Shown one piece after another: positions 39,789-49,403 of a DNA stretch of 64,000 nucleotides (position 1 is its first letter; every line of letters starts with the position of its first letter). The notes under the pieces were generated by a model, which saw only the letters and a list, made by a program, of their open reading frames with translations, did no database searches and had not been told where the DNA came from. Made by a program: the position numbers and the translations under genes. This DNA is from an uncultured Alphaproteobacteria bacterium (GTDB taxonomy: Bacteria; Pseudomonadota; Alphaproteobacteria; Rickettsiales; JALZUV01), in the NCBI GenBank assembly GCA_963837025.1, contig CAWILT010000001.1, positions 745,572-809,571 of the forward strand, given 5' to 3'.

Positions 39789-42053
39789 CTACCACAATGC
39801 TATTTTCACACCGGCCGTTGCCGTTAGTGGTAAGCCGGGTCGCGCACCAGCAGGGCGACGAGCCGCAACATATTCTTCATCAAGCAGGTTTTTTACTGTT
39901 GTAAATGCGCGAATCCGATCTGTAAGTTTTATCTCACCCGCCGCATCAACTACCCAGTGGTTTTCCACAAGCTGATTAGTGGGAATAGCGCCACTTCCAG
40001 CAACGGTACGCATATCATCGACATATTTTCCACCAATGGATACGCCCCAATCATCCGTTTCAAGACCAGCGGATAGATATAGCTGATGTTCTGGAATATA
40101 AGGCAGCTCATCACCAGGTGTCACCGTTCCCCACTCTGAGAAACTGCTGGTAAAACCATTTTTGAACTCTCCCTGTGTGAGTGTATAGCTCATTGTAAGT
40201 GGAATACGGTATTTTGGTGGTAAGGCCGCTATTTCGGCGGCATCATATTGCACAACCGCCTCAATACCCTTTACCTCAACTTCACCACCATTAAATGCAT
40301 CACCCGATCCAGTCCCGCCTGTTGCGAGCGTATCACGCCCAAGAAGGTTCTCGTAATCGGTTAAAAATCCAAACAACTCTCCAGACCAATTGCCCTGTGC
40401 ATAGCGCGTACCAATTTCATAATTGATGCTTTCTTCTTCGCTGGTGAATGCTGCCTCGCCTGCATTGCCGGGCACTCCGGGGGGCGCAAAGCCTTTATGT
40501 ACTCCACCCAATAACTTCCATGACTCGGAAAGGTTGTAAGCTACGCCTACACCCGGAATAAACACGTTCAGATCATTTTCAAGTACGGTAAGCGCCGCAC
40601 CGGTTCTTGATGGGTCGCTATTACCATAGTCTTCGCGCTTCAGATTAATGTGTTCAAAACGGATTCCAGGAGTAACCGTCCATTGATTCCACGACAGTTC
40701 ATTTTGAACAAACGCGCTCCACGCATCTGCAGATTGAATACGATTACCCGCTGATCCGGGTGCGCCTGTATTGGTAATAACGGCACGCCCTGCCACCAAG
40801 TCAAAGCTATCGTCGCGTTGAAAGCGGTCTTCCTCATCGGCATGGTAGCGAACTCCTACCTCGAGTTTGTTTTTTGTGTCACCTACATCATAACCATAGT
40901 TAAGAGCAGATTGCACACCATAGGCGGAATATTCGCGATTGTTATCACGAATGATAAAAGTGTTACCTGCGGTATTGGCTGATTTTAAAGCAGCTACATA
41001 AGCTGCATTGGTAGTTTGGTCATCAAATATAGAACTAATGGAGCGGCGCGTTCCCGCCAATGTGACGCCATCCAGTTTGTACCATGAGCGCTCCACTTCA
41101 TTATTATAAAAACTTGTCGTTAGATCGAGCGCGGGGGTTAATTCAATAAAATGCGTAGCTGACGCTTGCCATGCACCAACATCCATCTCATCCAGTTGAC
41201 TCGATCCATACCTGCGATTCGGATTGGCTGAAAAATCATTATCCGTCAAACCAAGGTAGGTTTCATTGGATAGTTCATCATAATATCCCATTTTAACTTC
41301 CAGCTCCTGATAGCGATCGGCAGTTGGGCTGGTATGTAATCGAAATTTACCCATGACATCCTGCACATCATAGCCCGTATCGCCACCTACAAAGTCAATA
41401 TCTTTGAATCCATCCGACTGTTTGTGAAAGGCATTAAGCATCACGCCGCCATTTTCAAAGCTTGTTCCTGCCGTTACCCCAGTACGCAATGTATTATAAC
41501 TTCCGCCTTCAGCTACAAAATCGGCTTGCTTCTTAGAAGGTATTGGCTTGGTTACCAAATTGAGTACACCGTTAGTCGTGCGCGGACCATATTTGATAGC
41601 ACCCGCGCCTTTGATCACTTCAAGCGATTCCATTCGATCCATTTGCGGGAAATAATACGCTTCTGGCGCAGCATAAGGAGCTGGGGCCGCAAGGATTCCA
41701 TCTTCCATTAGAGTCAGGTCAGCGCTACGATTTGAACGACCCCCGCGAATAGCAATATTGGGGCGCAGTCCAAAGCCATCTTCTTCTTGAATGGTCACAC
41801 CCGGCACTTCCCGTAAGGCCCGATGCACGTCCGTAATCTGGTAACGATCCAGTTTTTCTTTTGAGACAATAGATGCAGAACCTGGAATTTCTGAACGACG
41901 ATCCTGCGTGCCAATAACCGTGACACGCTCCATCACCTTAACGCGCCCGTCTGCACTATTTTTTTCCTCAGCAAAAGCAACAGCAGACGAAAGTGCTGTG
42001 GTTACGATGAGTGATGATACTGCTAAATAGCGAAGTTTTTTAGAGCGAATCAT
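39789..42053 (-). CDS. TonB-dependent outer-membrane receptor (siderophore-type)
   Basis: 754 aa with a signal peptide and a plug domain (VTVIG...IPGSASIV...L..VPGV, RGG). A long beta-barrel ends in an aromatic residue (KIALW). Confidence 0.92.
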   Translation of the reverse strand: MIRSKKLRYLAVSSLIVTTALSSAVAFAEEKNSADGRVKVMERVTVIGTQDRRSEIPGSASIVSKEKLDRYQITDVHRALREVPGVTIQEEDGFGLRPNIAIRGGRSNRSADLTLMEDGILAAPAPYAAPEAYYFPQMDRMESLEVIKGAGAIKYGPRTTNGVLNLVTKPIPSKKQADFVAEGGSYNTLRTGVTAGTSFENGGVMLNAFHKQSDGFKDIDFVGGDTGYDVQDVMGKFRLHTSPTADRYQELEVKMGYYDELSNETYLGLTDNDFSANPNRRYGSSQLDEMDVGAWQASATHFIELTPALDLTTSFYNNEVERSWYKLDGVTLAGTRRSISSIFDDQTTNAAYVAALKSANTAGNTFIIRDNNREYSAYGVQSALNYGYDVGDTKNKLEVGVRYHADEEDRFQRDDSFDLVAGRAVITNTGAPGSAGNRIQSADAWSAFVQNELSWNQWTVTPGIRFEHINLKREDYGNSDPSRTGAALTVLENDLNVFIPGVGVAYNLSESWKLLGGVHKGFAPPGVPGNAGEAAFTSEEESINYEIGTRYAQGNWSGELFGFLTDYENLLGRDTLATGGTGSGDAFNGGEVEVKGIEAVVQYDAAEIAALPPKYRIPLTMSYTLTQGEFKNGFTSSFSEWGTVTPGDELPYIPEHQLYLSAGLETDDWGVSIGGKYVDDMRTVAGSGAIPTNQLVENHWVVDAAGEIKLTDRIRAFTTVKNLLDEEYVAARRPAGARPGLPLTATAGVKIALW

Positions 42054-42117
42054 TTTTTAGTATTTCCTTTAATACGACTGATAATGATTCGCAGCTATAG
42101 ATAGGGTATATATCCAA

Positions 42118-42139
42118 GTCAATGATAATCATTCTCATC
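42118..42139. promoter_or_regulatory. Fur box upstream of the TonB-dependent receptor operon
   Basis: gtcAATGATAATCATTcTC matches 16 of 19 positions of the consensus GATAATGATAATCATTATC and lies 65-85 nt upstream of the receptor start codon. A weaker half-site, GATAATGAT, lies at 42080-42088. Confidence 0.65.
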
Positions 42140-42531
42140 TAACACATTTTATTTCGATTAGATATGTTAGATAAGGCTTCTTTAACGAACGATGGCCACC
42201 TTCTGACTTTTTGAATACATTTGATACTTATTAATATCTCTATATTTTTAATACAGCATTTAATATTATTGGAGACACCCCCTATCTGAATGCTACTGTG
42301 AACAATTTAAAATATTCTGAATTATTGAGTAGCAAATCTATAAAAATATAACCGTGTTCTTACAATTTTAGTGAGTCAGTTTTGCTGTGAGAGGGGGTTT
42401 TAAGTACTGCGTTAAGTCAGTTGGATTCGATTAGTAATAATATGAATTTTCAACTTAACTAAACATACCTCAAACCTGAGCAAAGAAATAGTTAGAAACC
42501 TCAAACCATTTAATAAAACGCAAATTACCAA

Positions 42532-43374
42532 TTAAATTAATCTTTTTATAAGTTTTTCAGGAAAACTTCCTAGCAAGTCTTTCTGAATTTTCTTTAAATA
42601 ATTTTTGTCAAGAATTGAACTTTTAAAATGATTTAATAAATCTTGTTTGCTTATATTATCACTGATTATATTATCTAACCTAATTGATTTAGCCTCTAAA
42701 TTAAGTGCAGAATAATAGTCTTTAAATTTATAATCCCCACCTAATACCGTTGGGTGACCAACATCAATCCATACAACTGGAACCCCATAACTATGAGAGA
42801 CGATTAAAGGATGCATCGCACTTGTAATAACTGCTTTTGCACCAGCTATTTTTTCTAAAATAATAGTAATATCTTGTGATAGATCACAAATCTCTACATC
42901 CTCACCAAGGATTTTCTTAACTTTCTCTACCCAAATAAAATTATTTTTATCTTCTAAGTGTGGGGTAGCCAAATATTTCTTATTAATAGAGTTCTCTGCG
43001 CTTAATGTAGATTGAGGAAATAAATAGCTGCATAATAAAGCAGGATCGCCAAGTGCCAAACCATGTTTTAACCCTAATCTATCTGCTGTTTGTTTACCCC
43101 TAACAGCACTAATTCTGAGACATAGTTTTGAAAGTTTTCCACCTTCAGAATTTATTCCTGTTCCCCATATGTAAGTAGGCCTAAATATTCTAAAAAAAAA
43201 TCTTCTAAATTTAGTTTTTTCTATTTTACTAAATAAGCTGCCTGTAGAAATTAGATCTGACTTATAAGCCTTTGAATGAACTACATCATCACCTGAGATC
43301 ATTTCAACAATATATTTTGATAAAATATCACCAAAATTATTACCGCTTTTAATATAGAATAATTTTATAGTCAT
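42532..43374 (-). CDS. polysaccharide pyruvyl transferase family protein
   Basis: 280 aa with NNFGDILS, AVRGKQTADRLGL..GLALGDPALL and ITSAMHPLIVSHSYGVPVVWI, matching the PS_pyruv_trans pattern. Confidence 0.7.
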   Translation of the reverse strand: MTIKLFYIKSGNNFGDILSKYIVEMISGDDVVHSKAYKSDLISTGSLFSKIEKTKFRRFFFRIFRPTYIWGTGINSEGGKLSKLCLRISAVRGKQTADRLGLKHGLALGDPALLCSYLFPQSTLSAENSINKKYLATPHLEDKNNFIWVEKVKKILGEDVEICDLSQDITIILEKIAGAKAVITSAMHPLIVSHSYGVPVVWIDVGHPTVLGGDYKFKDYYSALNLEAKSIRLDNIISDNISKQDLLNHFKSSILDKNYLKKIQKDLLGSFPEKLIKRLI

Positions 43375-43392
43375 TTTAATAAGCTTTCTAAA

Positions 43393-44238
43393 TTATTTAT
43401 ATCTATCAATAAATAATTGATAACAGCTGTTACCAAAAACTTTGTAGAATAAAGGAAAGAGAATTCTATACTTCGTTGTTAGAGTTTTCTTGAAGCGACG
43501 ATAAGTAAAGTCATGAAATTTATTTTCTAAAACTTCATTCAAGTTTTTAATACATGAAAGCGCCATAAATTTTCTTTTTTTCCTATTTGAACCACTATAC
43601 ATACCCTTTTCATGAACATTATAGACTGACATAGCTTTATTTATATAAATAATTTTCGGGTTTTGGAGCATATAGTACCAATAAATACAGCTATCAAAAA
43701 TAAGCCCCGCCTTATTACTAATTATACTAAAATTATATTTGTTACGAAAAACTCTTGAATTATAATGCGGTCTTATTAGATTTTCTCTGCCTTTTCTAAT
43801 TATAACCTCATTAACTGAATTAAGTGCTATAAAATTACTTTGTTCTGAACGAGAAATATTATTCACAACAGTTTCATGTCCACAAAGATCTACTTGTGGA
43901 TTCTTATCAAGTAAATCAACTTGCATCTGCAGCTTTTTATTATGTGTCCAATAATCATCACCTTCCAAAAAAGCAAAGTAATCACCTTCTATATTAAGCA
44001 TTGCATCAAAAATGTTTTCAACTACACCCACATTATTCTCTCTAATTTTAGGAATAATAATATCAGGATGTTTTCTAGCGTATTTTAAAATTATTTGTGA
44101 TGACCCATCAGTTGATGCATCATCACAAATTAATGCTTTGAATTTAAAATTAGTCTCTTGATTCACAATAGAATCTAGACATTTCTCTAAAAAAATTTGA
44201 TGATTAAAAACTGGAACGATAAGAGTAAGTTTAATCAT
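43393..44238 (-). CDS. glycosyltransferase family 2
   Basis: Contains LIVPVFNH....L.KCLDSI.NQ, DDASTDGS and the DxD-like EGDDYW. Confidence 0.85.
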   Translation of the reverse strand: MIKLTLIVPVFNHQIFLEKCLDSIVNQETNFKFKALICDDASTDGSSQIILKYARKHPDIIIPKIRENNVGVVENIFDAMLNIEGDYFAFLEGDDYWTHNKKLQMQVDLLDKNPQVDLCGHETVVNNISRSEQSNFIALNSVNEVIIRKGRENLIRPHYNSRVFRNKYNFSIISNKAGLIFDSCIYWYYMLQNPKIIYINKAMSVYNVHEKGMYSGSNRKKRKFMALSCIKNLNEVLENKFHDFTYRRFKKTLTTKYRILFPLFYKVFGNSCYQLFIDRYK

Positions 44239-44792
44239 ATTTTTAAATGTTGTTCTAGTTTTAATAAGTTAGTTTCTCTGGCTTTGATCTTTTTTAGAGG
44301 TGTGCCTGCATAGATATAAAATTCTTCAGTTGATTCTTTTACTAAACTCATTGCACCCACAGCGGAACCTTTGCGAAGCGTAACATTCGGCATAATAACT
44401 GAACCACTCCCTATAATTGAATGACTTTCCAACACAACATTCCCAGAAAGTAAGTTTCTAAATTCAGTTCCTACTGTAGGGTTTGTAAGGAATTTGCCAG
44501 AAAAATCATCGGATTCAGCATAGATGGATACTCTGGACGATATGGTACAAAAATCTTGTACTTCAATTACTTGTCTGCCAGCAAATAAACCGCAAAATGC
44601 TGAAATATGTATATATTGACCAATAGTAATTTCTCCGCTTAAAATAGTAAAATCATCTATTCGCGAATTATCTCCAGTTGAAATTTTACCAGATGAATAA
44701 ATGCTTGTTTTTCTACTCAATAAAACATTTTTTCCAAGCTTTTTTAATCCTAGAGATTCAAGTTCAGATTGATTGTAAAAAGAATTTCCCAT
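44235..44792 (-). CDS. hexapeptide-repeat (LbH) sugar N/O-acetyltransferase
   Basis: 185 aa with imperfect [LIV]-G-x4 hexapeptide turns throughout. It overlaps the GT2 start by 4 nt and lies directly downstream of the aminotransferase. Confidence 0.7.
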   Translation of the reverse strand: MGNSFYNQSELESLGLKKLGKNVLLSRKTSIYSSGKISTGDNSRIDDFTILSGEITIGQYIHISAFCGLFAGRQVIEVQDFCTISSRVSIYAESDDFSGKFLTNPTVGTEFRNLLSGNVVLESHSIIGSGSVIMPNVTLRKGSAVGAMSLVKESTEEFYIYAGTPLKKIKARETNLLKLEQHLKI

Positions 44793-44799
44793 ATTTATT

Positions 44800-45963
44800 T
44801 TAATAGTTTTTTTGAATAACTGCTCTTTTAACTATTTTACATATTTTATTAACGTTATTAATAGAAAGACTCGGATACATAGGCAAACATAGAATCCTGC
44901 TCGAAATATCTTCAGCTACAGGGCATTGATATTTTATACCATATTTATCTTGTAAGAATTCTAGCTTATTAAGTGGAGGTGAGAAGTATCTCCTACTAAG
45001 AATACCCTCATTTTCCAAAGCATTTTTCACTAATAGTAATTGCTTTTCATCTTTTAATAAAATAGGTGCATAACTATAATTTCGAGTAAAATTATCATGT
45101 GTTTTATGAAAAACTACAGAATCAGATAATTCTTTCTGATAATGATACCAAATTTCTTCTCTAAGCTTTAAGATTAAATCTATTTCTTCTAATATTGATA
45201 ATCCCATTGCAGCATGAAACTCACTCATCTTGGCGTTAATTCCTGCTGATTTTATTTTATAATCATTTATATCAATTCCAAAGTTTATCATTTTTTTTGC
45301 ATTTTCATAATCTTCATCTTTATTAAAGATTATCGCACCACCTTCAACGCAATGGAAAAGCTTAGTGGCATGAAAACTTAGCGTAGAAGCATCACCAAAT
45401 TTTAACAATGACTCATAGTTTTTAGGGTTTTCTAATTTATTGCATTTATATTGAGTCATAAAAGCATGAGAGGCATCGTAAACCAGTTTTAAATGAAAAT
45501 CTTTAGCAAATTTATCGATATTTTCTACATCGCAGCCATTTCCATAAACATGAACAGGTACAATTCCATCTATTTCAACCCTGCTAATATTTTTAGTGTA
45601 AGTTTTTACTAAAGAATTTATATCAATACAGAAAGAGTCTTTTTCAATGTCACAAAATATTGGCTCAACCCCATTCCAATCAAGACTACTGGGCGATGCC
45701 GCGAAACTAAAGGCTGGAGTTATTGCAGCTTTATTTATACCTACTGCCTTATAAGCTATCTGTAGTGCTAAAGTACCATTTGCTACAAGAAGAAGATTTT
45801 TTACCCCCAAATATTGTTCTAATTTATAAGTTAGCTCTTGGAGCAAAGGGCCGTTATTAGTTATAAAATTAGTTTCATATATCCTATCAAAATACTGATT
45901 TAGTCTATCTCTATTTGGTAAGTAAGGTTTGGTTACTGGAATCATAATTATAGGGCTTTTCAT
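44800..45963 (-). CDS. DegT/DnrJ/EryC1/StrS-family sugar aminotransferase (PLP-dependent)
   Basis: 387 aa with NGTLAL, DASHA and the SFHATK PLP-lysine motif. Confidence 0.9.
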   Translation of the reverse strand: MKSPIIMIPVTKPYLPNRDRLNQYFDRIYETNFITNNGPLLQELTYKLEQYLGVKNLLLVANGTLALQIAYKAVGINKAAITPAFSFAASPSSLDWNGVEPIFCDIEKDSFCIDINSLVKTYTKNISRVEIDGIVPVHVYGNGCDVENIDKFAKDFHLKLVYDASHAFMTQYKCNKLENPKNYESLLKFGDASTLSFHATKLFHCVEGGAIIFNKDEDYENAKKMINFGIDINDYKIKSAGINAKMSEFHAAMGLSILEEIDLILKLREEIWYHYQKELSDSVVFHKTHDNFTRNYSYAPILLKDEKQLLLVKNALENEGILSRRYFSPPLNKLEFLQDKYGIKYQCPVAEDISSRILCLPMYPSLSINNVNKICKIVKRAVIQKNY

Positions 45964-46192
45964 TTATTCTTATATATCTAGAATGTTCAGCTCAACTAAC
46001 TATAGTGCATATACCACTTCATTTCATTGAGCAAAAAGAAAAGCAAAATGAGTATGTAGAGAGCACTAAAATCTGTGCTATATCATTAAAATGGTTTTTT
46101 TGGGACATTTGATAGTAGAGATTTATACTGACGATTCTCTACACACCGCCATAACTTGCTAAAGGAGCAAAGTTATTTTCACTCGTTATTCA

Positions 46193-47774
46193 TTGACTAG
46201 TTTTCAGGCAATTTTTGCGGTGGCGCTTTTTTGGATGTGCTTTGCGAATTTTTCATTTTTTAAACAATTATTGATGGTTTATGGATTTGTAACAGATGGT
46301 TGGTTTATCATTTCAGTTACCATTGGTTTTACCTGCTTTTTGATTTTAGCGTTGTTAGTGCTCTGCATAAAATATACGCTGAAGCCCATCTTGATGGTGT
46401 TACTGCTGGCATCGTCATTTGCTGCGTATTTTATGGATACCTATAATGTGTTGATTGACACGGATATGATCCAAAATACACTTAGCACTGATGTGAGTGA
46501 AACTACAGATCTACTCAGCCTAACCTTGTTGATTTATGTTTTATTATTGGGAATTTTGCCTGCTGCCCTTTTATTTAAATTACCAGTAACTTTTTATGGT
46601 TTGTCAAAAGAGATTATTACCCGCATTAAAATTGCTACAGTTTTGTTATGTGTGATGACAATTTTATTCTTTATTTCGAGCGCTGCTTTTAGCTCTTTCT
46701 TCAGAGAGAATAAGCAGATTCGCTATTACTTTAACCCCGCAAATTTTATTTATGCCACTGCCAAGCATATAAGTCGAAGTTTAAAATCGAACGTAATTAT
46801 TGTTTCGCAAACAGGCCAAGATGCACGAATACCCGCTGAAGATAAAGATAGAGAATTAGTAGTTTTAGTAGTGGGGGAAACTGCCCGCGCCGATAGATTT
46901 TCTTTAAATGGTTATAATAAAGATACAAATCCACTTTTAAAAAAGCAGAAAATTGTGAGTTTTACTAACGTGCGTAGCTGCGGCACGTCCACCGCCATTT
47001 CGGTTCCCTGTATGTTTTCTATTTTAGGGGAAGATGAATTTTCGGTTAAAAAAGCACGGCAAAAAGAAAATGTGTTGGATGTGCTAGCTCATGCCAATAC
47101 TCAAATATTATGGCGCGATAATAATTCCAGTTCCAAAAATGTTGCCGATCGTATGGAATATGAGGATTATTGTACCAGTAAAACAAACACCCTATGCGAT
47201 GAAGAGTGCCGCGATGAAGGCATGCTTGTTGGATTAGACGATTACATTAAAAATCATCCTCAAGGCGATATCATGATTGTACTTCACCAAATGGGTAATC
47301 ATGGCCCAGCTTACTATAAACGCTACCCCAAAGAGTTTGAAAAAATTTACTCCGGTTTGCAAAACCAACGAGCTTGCCGATTGCTCAACTGATGAAATTA
47401 ATAATGCCTATGATAATGCCATTTTATACACCGATTATTTTCTCAATAACGTTATCGAATTTTTAAAAACGCATGATGAGCAATTTGAAACCGCCATGCT
47501 CTATGTTAGCGATCATGGTGAATCGCTTGGCGAAAATGGATTATATCTACACGGAATGCCCAATTTTGCAGCACCTGATTCTCAACGTCATGTACCACTC
47601 ATCATGTGGCTGGGCAAAAATTATGATGCATTTTCGTATGAACGATTAGTTGAATTAAAAGATGAGCCGCTAACGCATGATACTATTTTTCATACGTTAT
47701 TAACTCTGTTAGAAGTGAAGACGAATTCGTTTGATCCTGAAAAAAGCATGATGGGGCACCCTGATGAGCATTGA
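46193..47774 (+). pseudogene. eptA: lipid A phosphoethanolamine transferase (EptA/MCR family), interrupted by a +1 frameshift in an A6 run at 47340-47345
   Basis: Track ORFs 46193..47392 and 47277..47774 are the two halves. Frame 1 reads ...HQMGNHGPAYYKRYPKEFEK. The expected continuation FTPVCKTNELADC...YDNAILYTDYF...SDHGESLGENGLYLHG is in the next frame, and removing one A restores EFEKFTPVC. Only a TTG start without a good RBS is available. Confidence 0.8.
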
Positions 47775-48125
47775 GAAATTATCCGGTTGGCGCAGGATTA
47801 AAGCTGCTAGTAAACATTCCTATAACGGGTTCCGTTATGCATTTAACGTGATGAAGCAGTTCGCCATGAATTTATAATCATTCTCATCGCTCTTCCCATC
47901 GCATTTATTATCGGTGACTCTGCGATTGAGATAGTTGCGCTGATTTCTGGTCTGTTTGCAGTAATGATTACCGAGCTTTTAAATACAGCAATCGAAGTAA
48001 CAATTGACCGGATATCATTAGAGTATCACGATCTTTCAAAAGCTGCCAAAGACATTGCCAGCGCTGCTGTATTTTTATCCTTGTGGTATTGTGGAATAAT
48101 TTGGGCAATAATTATTTTATTTTAG
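47764..48125 (+). pseudogene. dgkA: diacylglycerol kinase, interrupted by a 1-nt deletion near 47848-47850
   Basis: My own translation in frame A is MSIEKLSGWRRIKAASKHSYNGFRYAFN, which then stops at 47875-47877. Frame B from 47850 is DEAVRHEFIIILIALPIAF...ITELLNTAIEVTIDRISLEYHDLSKAAKDIASAAVFL. Together these align without gaps to E. coli DgkA if one base is restored. The start overlaps the eptA stop. Confidence 0.75.
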
Positions 48126-48128
48126 CGC

Positions 48129-49400
48129 TTAACGCTGCGATTTAAAACGATTTAGAATGTCCTCTTTTGATGGGCTGTAGCCTTCACGCTCCCACCATTC
48201 TTCAAGCTGTTTTAACCATGCGCCCATTGTGGGGCCAGCTGGCAAACCCAAGGCCGCTAAATCACCACCTGATAGGGGAAATTGCGGAATTTCCCAATGT
48301 TCGGCCAGCCAGATAATCGGGCGATAAGCTGCGGCTAATAATTTAGATTGTGCTGAGGCTTGTGCTAAATGCTCGGTCCAGCTTATTACCGCCAATGCGC
48401 GAAACTTTGCCGCACCTATCTGACGTAGTATTTGTTTTTGCTTATGTTCGCTAACATCATGATTGATCGCAGGGGCATGGGTTAAATATCGCAAAAAATC
48501 AGCATCAGCATTCGATAATTTCCAACGCGAAATGATAAAATCATCCATCGCACCTTTCTGGGAGCGGCATAAAAGCGCTAAAATAATCATCGGAATAGGT
48601 AATGCAAATTGGCTTTCAGGTTCATCAATTAAAAGTGCGATTTTGCGCCATGTGAGCAAACTGCGCGTATTTATTGCATAGCCGAAAATAAATTGCGTTA
48701 ATTGCTGCTCTTTCATTAAATCGAGTATATCCGGCGCTGATGGCGCATTTAAAAGTAAAAACATTTCGTTAGCAATACGCTCGCCCGAAAGGTTTTGCAG
48801 CATTTCGCGGTGCTGATGACACGCTGCTAACCCTTCCCCATCAATTTCATTTTCGCTATAATAGGCAGTAAATCGAAAGAATCGTAATATGCGTAATGCA
48901 TCTTCGCTGATGCGTTTGGAAGCATCGCCAATAAAACGCACGCGACGGTGTCGTAAATCTTCTAACCCCTGATGATAATCATAAACGCGCCCGTCAACAT
49001 CGCAATATAGGCCATTGATGGTAAAATCACGGCGCTCTGAATCTTGACGCCAGTCATCGGTAAACTGCACCTCGGCATGTCGACCAAACGTTTTAATATC
49101 ACTACGTAATGTAGTAATTTCAAAACTAACTTCACCGATAATAGCCGTGATTGTGCCATGCGATAGTCCGGTAGGGATGGCTCTTACATCTGCTTTTTGT
49201 AGAATACCCAACACTTGCTGCGGCGATGCGGTGGTGGCCACATCCACATCATGCACCTGCTTACTGATGAGCAAATCGCGTACCGCCCCACCAACAAAAC
49301 GAATTTCTTTTTCTGCAGCGGTAAAAATTTCAATTAATGTGTGGGTTTCGGGCCAGCTAAGCCAGCTTTCCTTGGTTAGCGTAATCAGATGGTTGCCCAT
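48129..49400 (-). CDS. cca: CCA tRNA nucleotidyltransferase (poly(A) polymerase head-domain family)
   Basis: 423 aa with FVGGAVRDLL, DVD..T and the RRDFTINGLY motif. Confidence 0.85.
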   Translation of the reverse strand: MGNHLITLTKESWLSWPETHTLIEIFTAAEKEIRFVGGAVRDLLISKQVHDVDVATTASPQQVLGILQKADVRAIPTGLSHGTITAIIGEVSFEITTLRSDIKTFGRHAEVQFTDDWRQDSERRDFTINGLYCDVDGRVYDYHQGLEDLRHRRVRFIGDASKRISEDALRILRFFRFTAYYSENEIDGEGLAACHQHREMLQNLSGERIANEMFLLLNAPSAPDILDLMKEQQLTQFIFGYAINTRSLLTWRKIALLIDEPESQFALPIPMIILALLCRSQKGAMDDFIISRWKLSNADADFLRYLTHAPAINHDVSEHKQKQILRQIGAAKFRALAVISWTEHLAQASAQSKLLAAAYRPIIWLAEHWEIPQFPLSGGDLAALGLPAGPTMGAWLKQLEEWWEREGYSPSKEDILNRFKSQR

Positions 49401-49403
49401 TGC

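Noticed and set aside
42277-42286. A 10-nt match (ACCCCCTATC) to the variable arm of tRNA-Ser (34721-34730), considered as a possible distal att repeat that would extend the island to 42.3 kb.
   Set aside because: It is too short. My rough estimate is that matches of this length to some part of a 91-nt query are expected by chance several times in 64 kb. It also matches the variable arm rather than the 3' end that tRNA-targeting elements duplicate.
47277-47774. A 165-aa ORF treated as an independent sulfatase-like gene.
   Set aside because: It is the C-terminal catalytic part of EptA, read in the frame reached after the A-run frameshift. Its first ~20 codons overlap the upstream frame and are not EptA-like.
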